DNA of 64,000 nt, taken from assembly GCF_964213995.1 (NCBI RefSeq), contig NW_027590119.1:868001-932000 (forward strand). Reading direction: 5' to 3'. Position 1 is the stretch's first letter; every line of letters begins with the position of its first letter. Shown here in pieces: positions 12,549-23,394 of the stretch. The notes beneath the pieces were generated by a model that saw only the letters and a list, made by a program, of their open reading frames with translations, did not search any database and was not told the origin of the DNA. This stretch comes from Mustelus asterias. Its lineage: Eukaryota. The translations under genes were made by a program, and so were the position numbers.

Positions 12549-12930
12549 AGAGGGGAGGGTCGGGATGGCGACCTCCTCGTGAACCTGGGCCTGGCGAAGC
12601 GTGCCATTTACCGGTCCAGGCAGCGGGCGATCGAGGGGGCCGTCCATCCTGACTGTCTGCCCCTCTACTGCGACTACGTTCACGGCCAGGTGTCCCTGGA
12701 GAGGGAATATGCGGTGTCTACAGGCACGGTTGACGCCTTCTGCCCCCGTTGGGCACCGCAGGGATTGGGGTGCGTTATCGACCCGAATAATCACACTATG
12801 ATTTGATGTTTTTAAGTTTCCTTTGTACTTTGATTTTTGTTCGGGCTGTTCCCCCTCTTTTTGGGGAGCTGCCCCTTTTACTTTGTCCTGATTTAACTTG
12901 AGTTTGTTCATTTGGTTTGACCTTAAAAAA
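12549..12930 (+). mobile_element. Tx1/L1-like LINE 3' end
   Basis: DLLVNLGLAKRAIYRSRQRA...AFCPRW resembles Tx1-clade ORF2 C-termini; the same T-rich 3' tail recurs at 41870-41960 and, diverged, at 23248-23390 (-). Confidence 0.55.
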
Positions 12931-12934
12931 GGCC

Positions 12935-13347
12935 AACATCTGTGAGTAAAATACTTTTTCTTTTCTCCCCCTTTCCATTTCTTTTCTCATTCTGGGGGAA
13001 ATTGGGGACTTGCAGCAACTGAAGGGAAAGGAAGTGAATCCAGTTGGTATGTTCCACACATTGTTAGTCCAGTCAGATAGACATATATCTGTCTGGGAGC
13101 CTGCATGGAGGTTTCCAGCTCTCTCTGTCCAGGACAGGAAGCAGTGAGCATGGATCTATCAATCAGCCTCAATCAGAGGGTGAATATTAGATACAGCAGA
13201 GTGACAATGGAGGGAGAGTGTGTGGGATGGAGATTTGCAGCTCTTGGGGAATGAGAGTGGAAAGAATGTTCCATAGAAACTAGAATTGTCTGTTCTGAAT
13301 TTCTATCCTGTATTGACAGTGATAACCTTTGTAAACTCCTTTTACAG
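12935..13347 (+). other. Conserved non-coding intron module of the ZNF family (donor GTGAGT 12942, acceptor TTTACAG 13347)
   Basis: Closely similar copies at 20465-20801(-), 23015-23247(-), 24000-24110 plus 25455-25625, 33630-33860(-), 34668-34890, 42015-42155 plus 44468-45180, 56290-56698 and 58660-59074. Confidence 0.75.
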
Positions 13348-13530
13348 GACATCAGAAGTTGAGGATTTTACAGACAGAAATCTCAAACCAAACATCACAT
13401 CAACATCTGACAGAGTCACTCAATTCATCGGGACCTGAATATCTTCGGTCTTTGAATCCAGAAGGAGAAATGTTTCTCTGTTCTGTCGGCTTTCGCAGTC
13501 TTTAAACATCAGTGTGACTGGAACAGGACT

Positions 13531-13562
<32 letters not shown>
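13531..13562. repeat. (CA)n microsatellite
   Basis: About 16 CA units inside the fossil leader. Confidence 0.95.
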
Positions 13563-13565
<3 letters not shown>

Positions 13566-13719
13566 AACTGAGATTTTCCCATGCAGTGACTGTGGAAAGA
13601 GCCTCCCAGTTACACAGCCTGAAAAAATATTGCACCATCACAGCAGGGCACTATAATCTTGTTCCGTGTGAGACTTCAACTGATGGTCAAACCTGGAGCA
13701 ACACAAGGACACCTGCACC

Positions 13720-14562
13720 ATGGAGAAACCGTGGAAATGTGGGGACTGTGGGAAGGGTTGCAAAACCCCCTCTGAGCTGCAAATTCATCGACGTATTCAC
13801 ACCGGAGAGAAGCCGTACACCTGTTCTGTGTGTGGGCAGAGATTCACTCGGTTATATCATCTGCAGCGACATCGGCTGGTTCACACTGGAGAAAGAGCAT
13901 TCATCTGCTTTGAGTGTGGGAACGGATTCGCTCATTTACCCGATCTGCAGAGACACCAGCGCGTTCACACTGGAGAGAGACCATTCACCTGCTTGGTGTG
14001 TGGGAAAGGATTTATGCAGTTATCCAATCTGTCGAAACACAAAGTCACTCACAGCAATGAGAAACCCTTTAAATGCTCTGACTGTGGAAGTGGTTTCAAA
14101 AGCTCTCGGGAACTGACGATCCACCAGCGGATTCACACTGGGGAGAGACCGTTCAGCTGCTCTCACTGTACAAAGACATTTAGAACATCATCCCACCTGC
14201 GGGAGCACCAGCGAATTCACACCAGGGAGAGACCGTTCACCTGCTCTGTGTGTGGGAAGGGATTCACTCATTCATCCAGCCTGCTGAGTCACAATCTCAC
14301 TCACACCCAGGAGAGACCCTTTAAATGCTCTGACTGTGGCAGTGGTTTCAAAAGTTCTCGGGATCTGGTTATCCACCAGCGCAGTCACACTGAGGAGAGA
14401 CCATTCAGCTGCTCTCACTGCACAAAGAGATTTAGAACATCATCCAGCCTGCGGGAGCACCAGCGAGTTCACACTGGGGAGAGACCGTTCACCTGCTGTT
14501 TGTGTGGGAAGGGATTCACTCAGTCATCCAGCCTGCGGAGACACCAGCGAGTTCACGAATGA
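13720..14562 (+). CDS. C2H2 zinc-finger protein (gene 2), 10 fingers, 280 aa
   Basis: Intact ORF MEKPWKC...HQRVHE with Kozak GCACCATGG. Confidence 0.92.
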   Translation: MEKPWKCGDCGKGCKTPSELQIHRRIHTGEKPYTCSVCGQRFTRLYHLQRHRLVHTGERAFICFECGNGFAHLPDLQRHQRVHTGERPFTCLVCGKGFMQLSNLSKHKVTHSNEKPFKCSDCGSGFKSSRELTIHQRIHTGERPFSCSHCTKTFRTSSHLREHQRIHTRERPFTCSVCGKGFTHSSSLLSHNLTHTQERPFKCSDCGSGFKSSRDLVIHQRSHTEERPFSCSHCTKRFRTSSSLREHQRVHTGERPFTCCLCGKGFTQSSSLRRHQRVHE

Positions 14563-14957
14563 TGACAGGGGTTGGATGCTGCTATTAATCACATCCAGGA
14601 CTGAACCATGTTCATTCTGACAGTTGGTGAAGTGGGAAGGTTGGACGGTTTCTTTTTGCTGGACTGGCCGGTCTCACGACTTTGCTTCCAGTGGCTGATG
14701 CTCTTTGAGCCTGGGAGAGCACATTTCCACTGAAATGATCCACAAAAGCTGATGAAGGACATTTATTTATCCTGGATAGTAAATAGTGTTTTTCCTACCA
14801 CTACAGGTCGATCTGAAATAAACACAGAAAGGACTGGAAAAATGCATTAGGTCTGGCAACATTTATGGAGAGAGAAACAGTGTTAATATTTCACACTACT
14901 GGATTGGGAATCAATCTAGTAAATCTCCTCTGAACTGCTTCCATGGTATTTATAAAA

Positions 14958-15268
14958 TGGGACAGCACGGCAGCACAGTGGTTAGCACTGCTGCCTCACA
15001 ACGCCAGGGACCCAGGTTCAATTCCAGCCCGGGTCACTGTCTGTTTGCACATTCTCCCCGTGTCTGTGTGGGTTTCCTCCGGGTGCTCCGGTTTCCTCCC
15101 ACAGTCCAAAGATGTGTGGGTTAGGTTGATTTGGCTGTGTTAAATTGACCCTTAGTGCCAGGCGGACTGGCTGGAGTAAATGCATGTGGTTATGGGAATA
15201 GGGCCTGGATGGGATGGTGTTTGGTACAGACTCGATGGACAGAACGGCCTCTGTCTGTACTGTAGGTA
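14958..15268 (+). mobile_element. HE1-like SINE
   Basis: A/B boxes and core; equivalent insertion at 60515-60835 in the duplicated segment. Confidence 0.85.
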
Positions 15269-15727
15269 TTCTCCAATCCTTTGTTTAATAGGAGACAAAA
15301 ACTGTACCCAGTGTTCAAGATGCAGTTCCAGCAACGCCCTGTATAACTGAAGCAGAACATCTTTACTTCTCTGTTCAATTTCTCTCAGAATAAAGGACTG
15401 CATTCCATATGTAAGAATTTTGATTTGTTTGAACTAAGATTTATGGGGTTCACTTGTTTACAACAACCTTCCTAATCATAACTCACCCAGGTTCCAGTGA
15501 CTTAACCATATGGCAAGAAAGAACACTTTAAATGGTGAATTCAGAAAGTTTATTCACCATTAAAAATGTAACAAGTCAGAAAGATTTAAAAAAGCAAAGT
15601 ATCGATCAACAGTAAAGGAGAAAGCTTAACTTTAACTTCTCTCCATCCCTCTCAGACCAGGACATGAAGTGGTGGCACTGAAAACACGGATAACTTGTAA
15701 AATCAACAGCTCCCAACACCTCTCTGG

Positions 15728-15990
15728 AGGACACAGTGGTTCGCACTGCTGCCTCACAGCGCCAGAGACCCGGGTTTGAGTTCCGCCTTGGGTCACTGTC
15801 TGTGCAGAGTCTGCATATTCTCCCCCTGTGTGTGGGGGTTTTTTCCCCAAAGTCCAAAGGACTTGCTGGTTAGGTACATTGAGCATGCTAAATTCTCCCT
15901 CAGTTTCCCCGAACAGGCACCAGTGTGGCGACTAAAGGATTTTCAGCGTAACTTCATTGCAGTGTGAATGTGTGACACTAATAAATAAGC
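15728..15990 (+). mobile_element. HE1-like SINE, alternative-tail subfamily
   Basis: SINE head plus tail ...GTAACTTCATTGCAGTG...CACTAATAAAT. Confidence 0.75.
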
Positions 15991-16317
15991 TTAAAAACAC
16001 CTTAAACTTTTAAAAACTTTTGCCAAATTGGTTTCTTGAATCCCCTTTTTTATACTTTCAAAATGTAGAAAGCCCAGCTCAGCCAATTGTTGGGAATTAG
16101 CCAATTGGTCTATAACTTGTCAATAATGAAACTCGTTTAGTTTTTAGCGAGTTGCACACATTGCCTGAATTTTAAGACAATTCTTTCTCTCAACCGATAT
16201 CTCTTAGCTTGGGGTAGCCTGAGTGTTGACCAATAATTGGTTAACATCAGTCATTCAATGTTGAGACATCTTGAACAGGAGACGATTCATTCCCTCCAGT
16301 CAAGGTTAACAAAGTAT

Positions 16318-16620
16318 TAAAGTTTATTTATTAGTGTCCCAAGTATGCTGACATTAACACTGCAATGAAGTTACTGGGAAAATCCCTCAGTTGCCGCACT
16401 CTGGCGTCTGTTCGGGTACACTGAGGGAGAATTTAGCATAGTCAATCCACCTAACCCGCACGTCCTTTGGATTTTGGGAACAAACTGGGGCACCCGGTGG
16501 AAACCCACGCAGACACGGGGAGAACATGCAGACTCTGCACAGTCGCCCAAGCCGGGAATCGAACCCAGGTCCCTGGCACTGTGAGGCAGCAGTGCTAACC
16601 ACTGTGGCACCGCGCCACGC
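16318..16620 (-). mobile_element. HE1-like SINE, alternative-tail subfamily
   Basis: Reverse complement of the same subfamily. Confidence 0.8.
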
Positions 16621-16848
16621 TAACAAGTCTTGTTATCTGTTTTTTTTCTATTCTGTTGGCCTCAGAAGGGAACGTCTTATAATCCCCACAGCATTTTAAC
16701 CATTCTTTATATCTTTATAATTCTAAACGTTATAAACTTTTGTGTTCAAATTTACATTTCCAGCCTAACATCTGTATTAATGAATCATTTATTCTTTAAT
16801 TGTCTCTCAATTCAGGCTGTCCATTTAACTAATCTCCTGCTTTACAAT

Positions 16849-17395
16849 TGTGGGAACGTCAGTCCACAAATAAGGTAGTAGAATGCATTGTTAAAAGCAG
16901 GATGTTCTTTATATAAATAAATAACAAAGTTTAAAAATCATTGGCAAACAAAAGGAAACAGGAGCATTGGAACCAGCCTGGACTTGCAGACTGAAACCCC
17001 GCCCAAAGCCCGCACGTGCTCAGGAGGGAGAAAGGTCTAGAAGAACACTCTGTAACACTTCTCCTCCCCTTAAATTTCAATCCCCCATTAGGACAGAAAT
17101 ACAACAAAGTAATGTCTTTAACAATACGGAAGTCTGTCAGGAGCTTTGTGGTTGCATTGCGACCTGTACAATACCACTGGTAAATCTTGTAATGGTGTTT
17201 CTGGAATGGGAGGTGAAGAGGTAGTTTGAGAATCTGTACATGAACATTCCTCTTCCACTCCCACAGCAGAGTCAACTGGCAAAGCTGGAACCATTTCCTG
17301 GTGAACATCCAAAGCAGCATGACCCTCTGCCATGTTCTCAGTAATGGTTGCTGACTCTGAAACTGTTCCTGACTCGGGGTCACACCGCAAGTGAA
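16849..17395 (-). mobile_element. Gypsy-like LTR retrotransposon 3' end (PPT 17071-17058, 3' LTR 17057-16849)
   Basis: Minus strand PPT AAGGGGAGGAGAAG directly followed by TGTTACA...TTCCCACA; nearly identical to 62098-62645, where it continues into integrase. Confidence 0.7.
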
Positions 17396-17849
17396 TATGG
17401 TCTTGGTGGCTATGCTTAAAATTTCCACATTTAACTGGTTCCCATAAATCCTCAATTATAAAGCAAAATAGACATAAGTTTCCGGGCGATTTAAAAACAA
17501 ATTAACTTTTCTACAGAACCTAAAGGGGTGGGGAGTGAGCAGAAAAAACCTTGGCCCACAATTACATCACTTTACATAATTTAAAAAATCTCTAACAACA
17601 AAACAATCTTAATTTTAAACTTCATCTATTATTCTTTTTGTTTTCTTCCTCAACCGAATAATTTTAATTTGATCAGTTTTTGTTAGGGATGGGTAACTTC
17701 TGTTCTTTATAAACTGATTCACTCATTTTGTTAGTTCTACATGAGAATCAGAACCCAGACTTTATCATCCTTATCCTTTTTCTCCTTCTGCCACCACTCC
17801 CTCTGTTTTACGGGAGGGTCGTGGGGATTCCAATCAGAACTAATCATTT

Positions 17850-18035
17850 TATCATAAAAGTAAAATACTGCGGATGCTGGAATCTGAAACAAAAACAGAA
17901 AATGTTGGAAAATCTCAGCAGGTCTGACAGCTTCTGTGGAGAGAGAATAGAGCTAATGTTTCCAGTCTGGATGAGCCTTCATAAGAGCTCTTCTGAAGTG
18001 TAATCCAGACTCAAAACATTGGCTCTATTCTCTTA
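17850..18035. mobile_element. Penelope-like pLTR fragment (second family) with inverted repeat
   Basis: AGAGAATAGAGCTAATGTTT..AGTCTGGAT versus ATCCAGACT..AAACATTGGCTCTATTCTCT; a related copy lies at 35165-35305. Confidence 0.55.
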
Positions 18036-18859
18036 ACATTGTATCAATAAGTTTCTTGTTCTTAGTTTCCAAATGGCAGGTAAGAGACCTGTCCGGTCCC
18101 CACTCGAGCTCTGATTTTTCACTGGCCATGCTTGGGTAAGATTTTAACCATTAGAATCTACTCTCAGAGGTCTGCTTTTCAGTCCAGTGCTACTTGGAGT
18201 ATACTGTCACCTCACCAACTATCAGGTCACAAATATATGATAAAATAATTTAAATAATGCCTGAGAACGCTCTGAACCAACTACCTATCATCGTTTGTTG
18301 ATTGGTCAGACCCCCTTTTTACAGATTCAGGAATCTCAGCCGCTGAACATCAGCCAGTCCTAGAATAAGTTTAATTCTAACTCATTCTGAGTAAATATTC
18401 TCACCAGCTCCTCTGTCGGGGCCCTGCTAAGCAGCTTTAATGGTCCGTGATTGCAGAAACTGAGCAGTCACAGGAATGTGGTCAAGATAGTCCAGTCCCA
18501 CAATGCCTCACATTCAATCTGCTGTCCTTCAATTATAACAGAATATGTGGCTGTCTGTAGCTGCCTCGGCCACGATCAGTGCCACCACTGCCTTCTTGAA
18601 CTGCTACAATGCCTGAGGTGTAAGTATACCCACAGTGCTGTTAGGGAGGGATTTCCAGCTACACATTCCAGACTTTCACTGGACTGTAAGTGGATACCAG
18701 ATTGATATATTCCATTCAACCACACCCAAGGGGAGTTATTGCAATTTCTTTATTGTCCAGGACAATATATTCACAATATCTTTAAAACAGAAATTAAACA
18801 TTCCCATTTAATTTCAGGTATTAACATATTCTGTTAGTTTGTTCTTTATTGTCGATGTC

Positions 18860-19148
18860 AGGCTGGGGTTGTTTCTTTTGGAGCAAAGGAGGTTGAGGGG
18901 AGATTTGATAGAGGTGGACAAGATTCTGACAGGTTTAGATAAGGTGGACAAAGAAAAGCTGTTCCCATTAGCTGATGGGACAAGGACGAGGGGGTCACAG
19001 ATTTATGGTTTTGGGTCAGAGATGCAGGGGGGATGTGAGGAAAAATATTCTGGTGCAGCGAATGGTAATGACATGGAACTCGCTGCCTACGAGGGTGGAG
19101 GAAGTGGAGACAATAAACAATTACAAAGGAAATTGGATGGGCATTTGG
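18860..19148 (+). mobile_element. CR1/HER1 LINE 3' fragment
   Basis: LGLFLLEQRRLRGDLIEVDKIL...TRG motif. Confidence 0.85.
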
Positions 19149-19348
19149 GGGGCTTTCAAACAGAAATGCTGACTAAATATCTCTTAACTTCCGAGCACCA
19201 GCCACTGGAGGCAAAATAGTGAGACCGGCCAGTCCAGCAGAAAGAAACCCTCCGACCCTCCCCATTGACCAACTGTGAGAATGAACAAAATGCAGTCCTG
19301 GATGTAATTGAGAGCAGAAACAATAACAGCAGAATCCAACCCCTGGAA

Positions 19349-20107
19349 TCACTCGTGAACTTGTTGGTGTCTCAGCAGCTGGGATGAAACTCTGAAACCC
19401 TTCCCACACTGAGAGCAGGTGAATGGTCTCTCTCCAGTGTGAACTCGCTGGTGTGTCTGCAGACTGGATGACTGAGTGAATCCCTTCTCACACTTAGGGC
19501 AGGTGAACGGCCTCTCCCCAGTGTGAACTCGCTGGTGTGTCTGCAGACTGGATGAGGCAGTAAATCCCTTCCCACACTGACAGCAGGTGAACGCTCTCTC
19601 TCCAGTGTGAACTCGCTGGTGTGTCCACAGGCTGGAAGAGTTAGTGAATCCTTTCTCACACTGAGGGCAGGTGAATGGCCTCTCTCCGGTGTGAACTCGC
19701 TGGTGTGTCTGCAGACTGGATAATTGATTGAATCCCTTCCCACACACAGTGCAGGTGAACGGGCTCTCCCCAGTGTGAACTCACTGGTGTGTCCGCAGGG
19801 TGGATAACTGACTGAATCTCTTCCCACACACACAGCAGGTGAATGGCTTCTTCCCAGTGTGAACTCGCTGGTGTTTCTGCAGACTGGATGACTGAGTGAA
19901 TCCCTTCCCACACACACAGCAGGTGAATGGCCTCTCCCCAGTGTGAACTAGTTGGTGTGTCCACAGTTCAGATGACTGAGTGAATCCCTTTCCACACACA
20001 CAGCAGCTGAATGGCCTCTCCCCAGTGTGACTGCGTCGATGAATTTCCAGCCGAGATGGGCACATGTATCCCTTCCCACAGTCCCCACATTTCCACGGTT
20101 TCTCCAT
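19349..20107 (-). pseudogene. C2H2 zinc-finger gene 3: 9 fingers with a premature stop in finger 4
   Basis: MEKPWKC start; TGA at 19783-19781 (HQ*VH); the same frame continues to HQQVHE*. Confidence 0.88.
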
Positions 20108-20801
20108 GGTTCGGGTCCTTGTGACTCTCCAGGTTAAACAATCAGTTAAATCTCACACAGAACACGGGTGCAGTCTCTCCCCGCTGCGAATGCTGCGATG
20201 TATTTTCAAGCTGTGTAACTGGTTAAAGCTCTTTCCACACTCAGTGCACTGGAACACTCTTGCTCAGGTGTGTGTGTGTCTTGGTGCTTTTCCAGTCACA
20301 CAGATGCTTAAAATCTTCAGAAGCTGACAGAACAGAGAAACATTTCCCCTTCTCGATTCAAAGGTCAGTGATATTCAGGTCCAGATGAATTGAATGATCC
20401 TGTCAGATTTGATGTGACATTTGGTTTAAGATTTCTGTCTGTAAATTCTCACTTTCTGATATTCTGTAAAAGGAATTTACAAAATTCATCAGTGTCAGCA
20501 CAGGATAGAAATTCAGAACAGACAATTCTAGTTTCTATGAAACATTCTTTTCTCTCTCATTCCCTGTGAATCTCCATCCCACACACTCTCCCTCCATTCT
20601 CACTCTGCTGTATCTAATATTCACCCTCCCAATTCTCCTGAAGGTGCTGATTGAGGCTGATTGACAGATCCATGCTCACTGCTTCCTGTCCTGGACACAG
20701 CTGGAAATCTCCATGCAGGCTGCCAGACAGATGTATGTCTATATGATTGGACCAACAATGTATGGATTATATAGACTGGACTCACTTCCTTTCCCTTCAG
20801 T

Positions 20802-22250
20802 GGCTAAGGGTGGACAAGTCACCAGGACCCAATGAACTGCACGCTAGCTTTTTAATGGAGGTTGCTGAAGAGATTGTGGAGAATTTTGTTGAAATTTTTC
20901 GTAACTTGCTAGATTCCGGGAGAGTATCAGAAGATTGGCAATCAGCCAATGTGACTCCCTTGGTCAAAAAGGGAGAAAGGCAGAAGGCAGGGAACTATAG
21001 GCCAGTTAGTTTAACATCTATTATTGGCAAGACGCTGGAGTCAATAATCAAAGAGCAAATAGCTAATCATTTAGGAAGGCTGAATATAATCAAACCTCGT
21101 CAACATAGTTCTATGAAAGATAAATCATGTTTGACAAATTTGCTTGAATTGTTTGAGGATGTAAGAAGGAGGGTAGATCGAGAGAAATCTGTACTTGTAG
21201 TTTATTTAAAAAGGGCGCCACGGCAGCACAGTGATTAGCACTGCTGCTTCACAGTGCCAGGTACCTGGGTTCAATCCTGGCCTTGGGTGACAGGCTGTGT
21301 GGAGTATGCGCATTCTCTCCATGTCTGTGTGGATTTCTGAGTGCTCCAGGTTCTTCCCACAGTCCAAAGATGTGCGGGTTAGATTGATTGGCCATGCTAA
21401 ATTGCCCCTTTGTGTCCCAGTAGAAGTAGATTAGGTGGATTAGTGGGGTAAAAATGTAGGGCTACAGGGATAGGGCCTGGGAAAGATGAGTCAAGAGTTG
21501 GGGAAGATGCAATAAAGTCACCCCTCTGTCTTCAAAACGTGGCAAATGGAGTTTAAAGTGGGGAAGTGTGAGGTCATGTATTTCAGTAGGAGGAATCAAC
21601 AGGGAGATTATCTAAATAGAGAGAGGCTGCCGGTGAGTGAAGTACAGCGGGATCTTGGTGTTCTTGTGCATGAATCACAAAAAGCTAGCAGGCAGGTTCA
21701 CACAATAGGTAAAAAGGAAAATGGCATTTTGGCTTTTGTTGCAAAGGGATTGGAGTTTAAAAACAGGGAGGTTTTGTTGCAACTGTACAGTGTGTTGGTG
21801 ATGCCTCACCTGGAATAGTGCATAGAGTTTTGATCCCCTTACCTAAACAAGGATTTAGTAACATTGGACATAGTCCAAAGGACATTCACCAGGCTAATTC
21901 CTGGATGGGAGGGTTGTCCTATCAAGAGGGAGTAAATTGTCAAGGTCTGAGTTCCTTGAAGTTTTGAAGACAAAGGGGTTACTGAAACATATAAGATCCT
22001 GAGGGGGCTTGACAGGGTAGATGGTGAGATATTTTCACGAGTGGGAGAGTCTCAAACAAAATAAATACCTCATTGAATGTTTTTAAGGCAAAGATAGATA
22101 CATTTTTGAACAGTTAAGGAATTAAGGGTTATGGTGAGCGGGCGGGTAAGTGGAGCTCAGTCTACGAAAAGATCAGCCGTAATCTTATTGAATGGCAGAG
22201 CAGGCTTGAGGGCCAGATGGCCTACTCCTGCTCCTAGTTCTTATGTTCTT
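20802..22250 (+). mobile_element. Decayed CR1/HER1 LINE with a nested HE1 SINE (21212-21495)
   Basis: KSPGPNE...WQSANVTPLVKKGERQKAGNYRPVSLTS, then MEFKVGKCEVM...RDLGVLVH; adjoins the ZNF intron module. Confidence 0.88.
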
Positions 22251-22403
22251 ATCAGCACTGATTCCAGATTGTTCAGTACTTCTAATTTGAATCGCTCTGC
22301 TTTCCTTCTCCCATATGTACTCTATGATGTACCGATCATGATGCCCTAACTAAACTAAAACAAAAAACCTTCTGACTCAACTAGGGATCGGTAATAAATG
22401 CTG

Positions 22404-22625
22404 TAAGAAGTTTAACAACACCAGGATAAAGTCCAACAGGTTTATTTGGTAGCAAAAGCCACACAAGCTTTCAGAGCTCCAAGCCCCCACTCACCTGAAG
22501 AAGGGGCTTGGAGCTCCGAAAGCTTGTGTGGCTTTTGCTACCAAATAAACCTGTTGGACTTTAACCTGGTGTTGTTAAACTTCTTACTGTGTTTACCCCA
22601 GTCCAACGCCGGCATCTCCACATCA
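22404..22625 (+). mobile_element. Penelope-derived hairpin mini-insertion with 12-bp TSD
   Basis: ~85-bp near-perfect inverted arms; TSD TAATAAATGCTG at 22392-22403 and 22626-22637; CUGAAGA...GAAA core at 22495. Confidence 0.8.
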
Positions 22626-22699
22626 TAATAAATGCTGGCCAGCCAGCGATGCCCATGTCCCACGAATGAATAAAATAAATCACAGAATTGTTTTGATTC

Positions 22700-23247
22700 A
22701 AAGTTGAGACCTCATCCACACACACAACACGAGTAGAGTCTCTCCCGCTGTGAATGCTGTAATATTTTTTCAGGCTCTGTAACTAGTTAAAGCTCTTTCC
22801 ACAGTCAGTGCACTGGAACACTCTCATTCGAGTATGTGTGTGTCTCGGTGATTTGCCACTCCCATTGATGTTTAAAACTTTCCGAAGCAGACGGTACAGA
22901 GAAACATTTCTTCTTCTGGATTCAAAGGCCGATGATAATCAGATCCCGATGAATTGAGTGAGGACAGGACGTTTGGTTTGAGATTTCTGTCTGTAAATCC
23001 TCATCTCCTGATATCCTGCAAAATAAGTTTACAAAAGTCATCACTCAGTACAGGATAGAAATTCATAACAGATAATTTTAGTTTCTAAGGAACATTCTTT
23101 CCCCTCTCATTCCACAAAAGCTGTGAATCTCCATCCCACACACTCTCCCTCCATTCTCACTCTGCTGTATCTAATTTTCACCCTCCCAATTCTCCTGAAG
23201 GTGCTGATTGAGGCTGATTGACAGATCCATGCTCACTGCTTCCTGTC
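22700..23247 (-). pseudogene. ZNF relic: intron module and fossil leader with no finger array
   Basis: Minus strand RVFQCTDCGKSFN*LQSLKK...YSCCVCG, homologous to the other leaders; ends before the MEKPW position. Confidence 0.7.
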
Positions 23248-23390
23248 AATCTCTTCGGTAAAACAATTAAACTAAATCAAATCAACTGAGGGACAAATAA
23301 ACATTCTGTTAATCTTTTTGGCAAAACAATTAAACCAAATTAAATTAAATGAGGGACAGATCAAAAGGGGCAGACCTCAAAAAGAAGGGA
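23248..23390 (-). mobile_element. Tx1-like 3' tails (two tandem)
   Basis: Minus strand CTGCCCCTTTT...TGTCCCTCATTTAATTTAATTTGGTTT...AAAAAGATT resembles 12868-12930. Confidence 0.4.
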
Positions 23391-23394
23391 ATCG

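Noticed and set aside
14958-15035. tRNA-like sequences at SINE heads
   Set aside because: A/B boxes continue into the SINE body; they are not tRNA genes
16931-17455. 174-aa ORF conserved at 62180-62689
   Set aside because: Conservation is explained by the recent segmental duplication; the ORF runs across the Gypsy PPT and LTR
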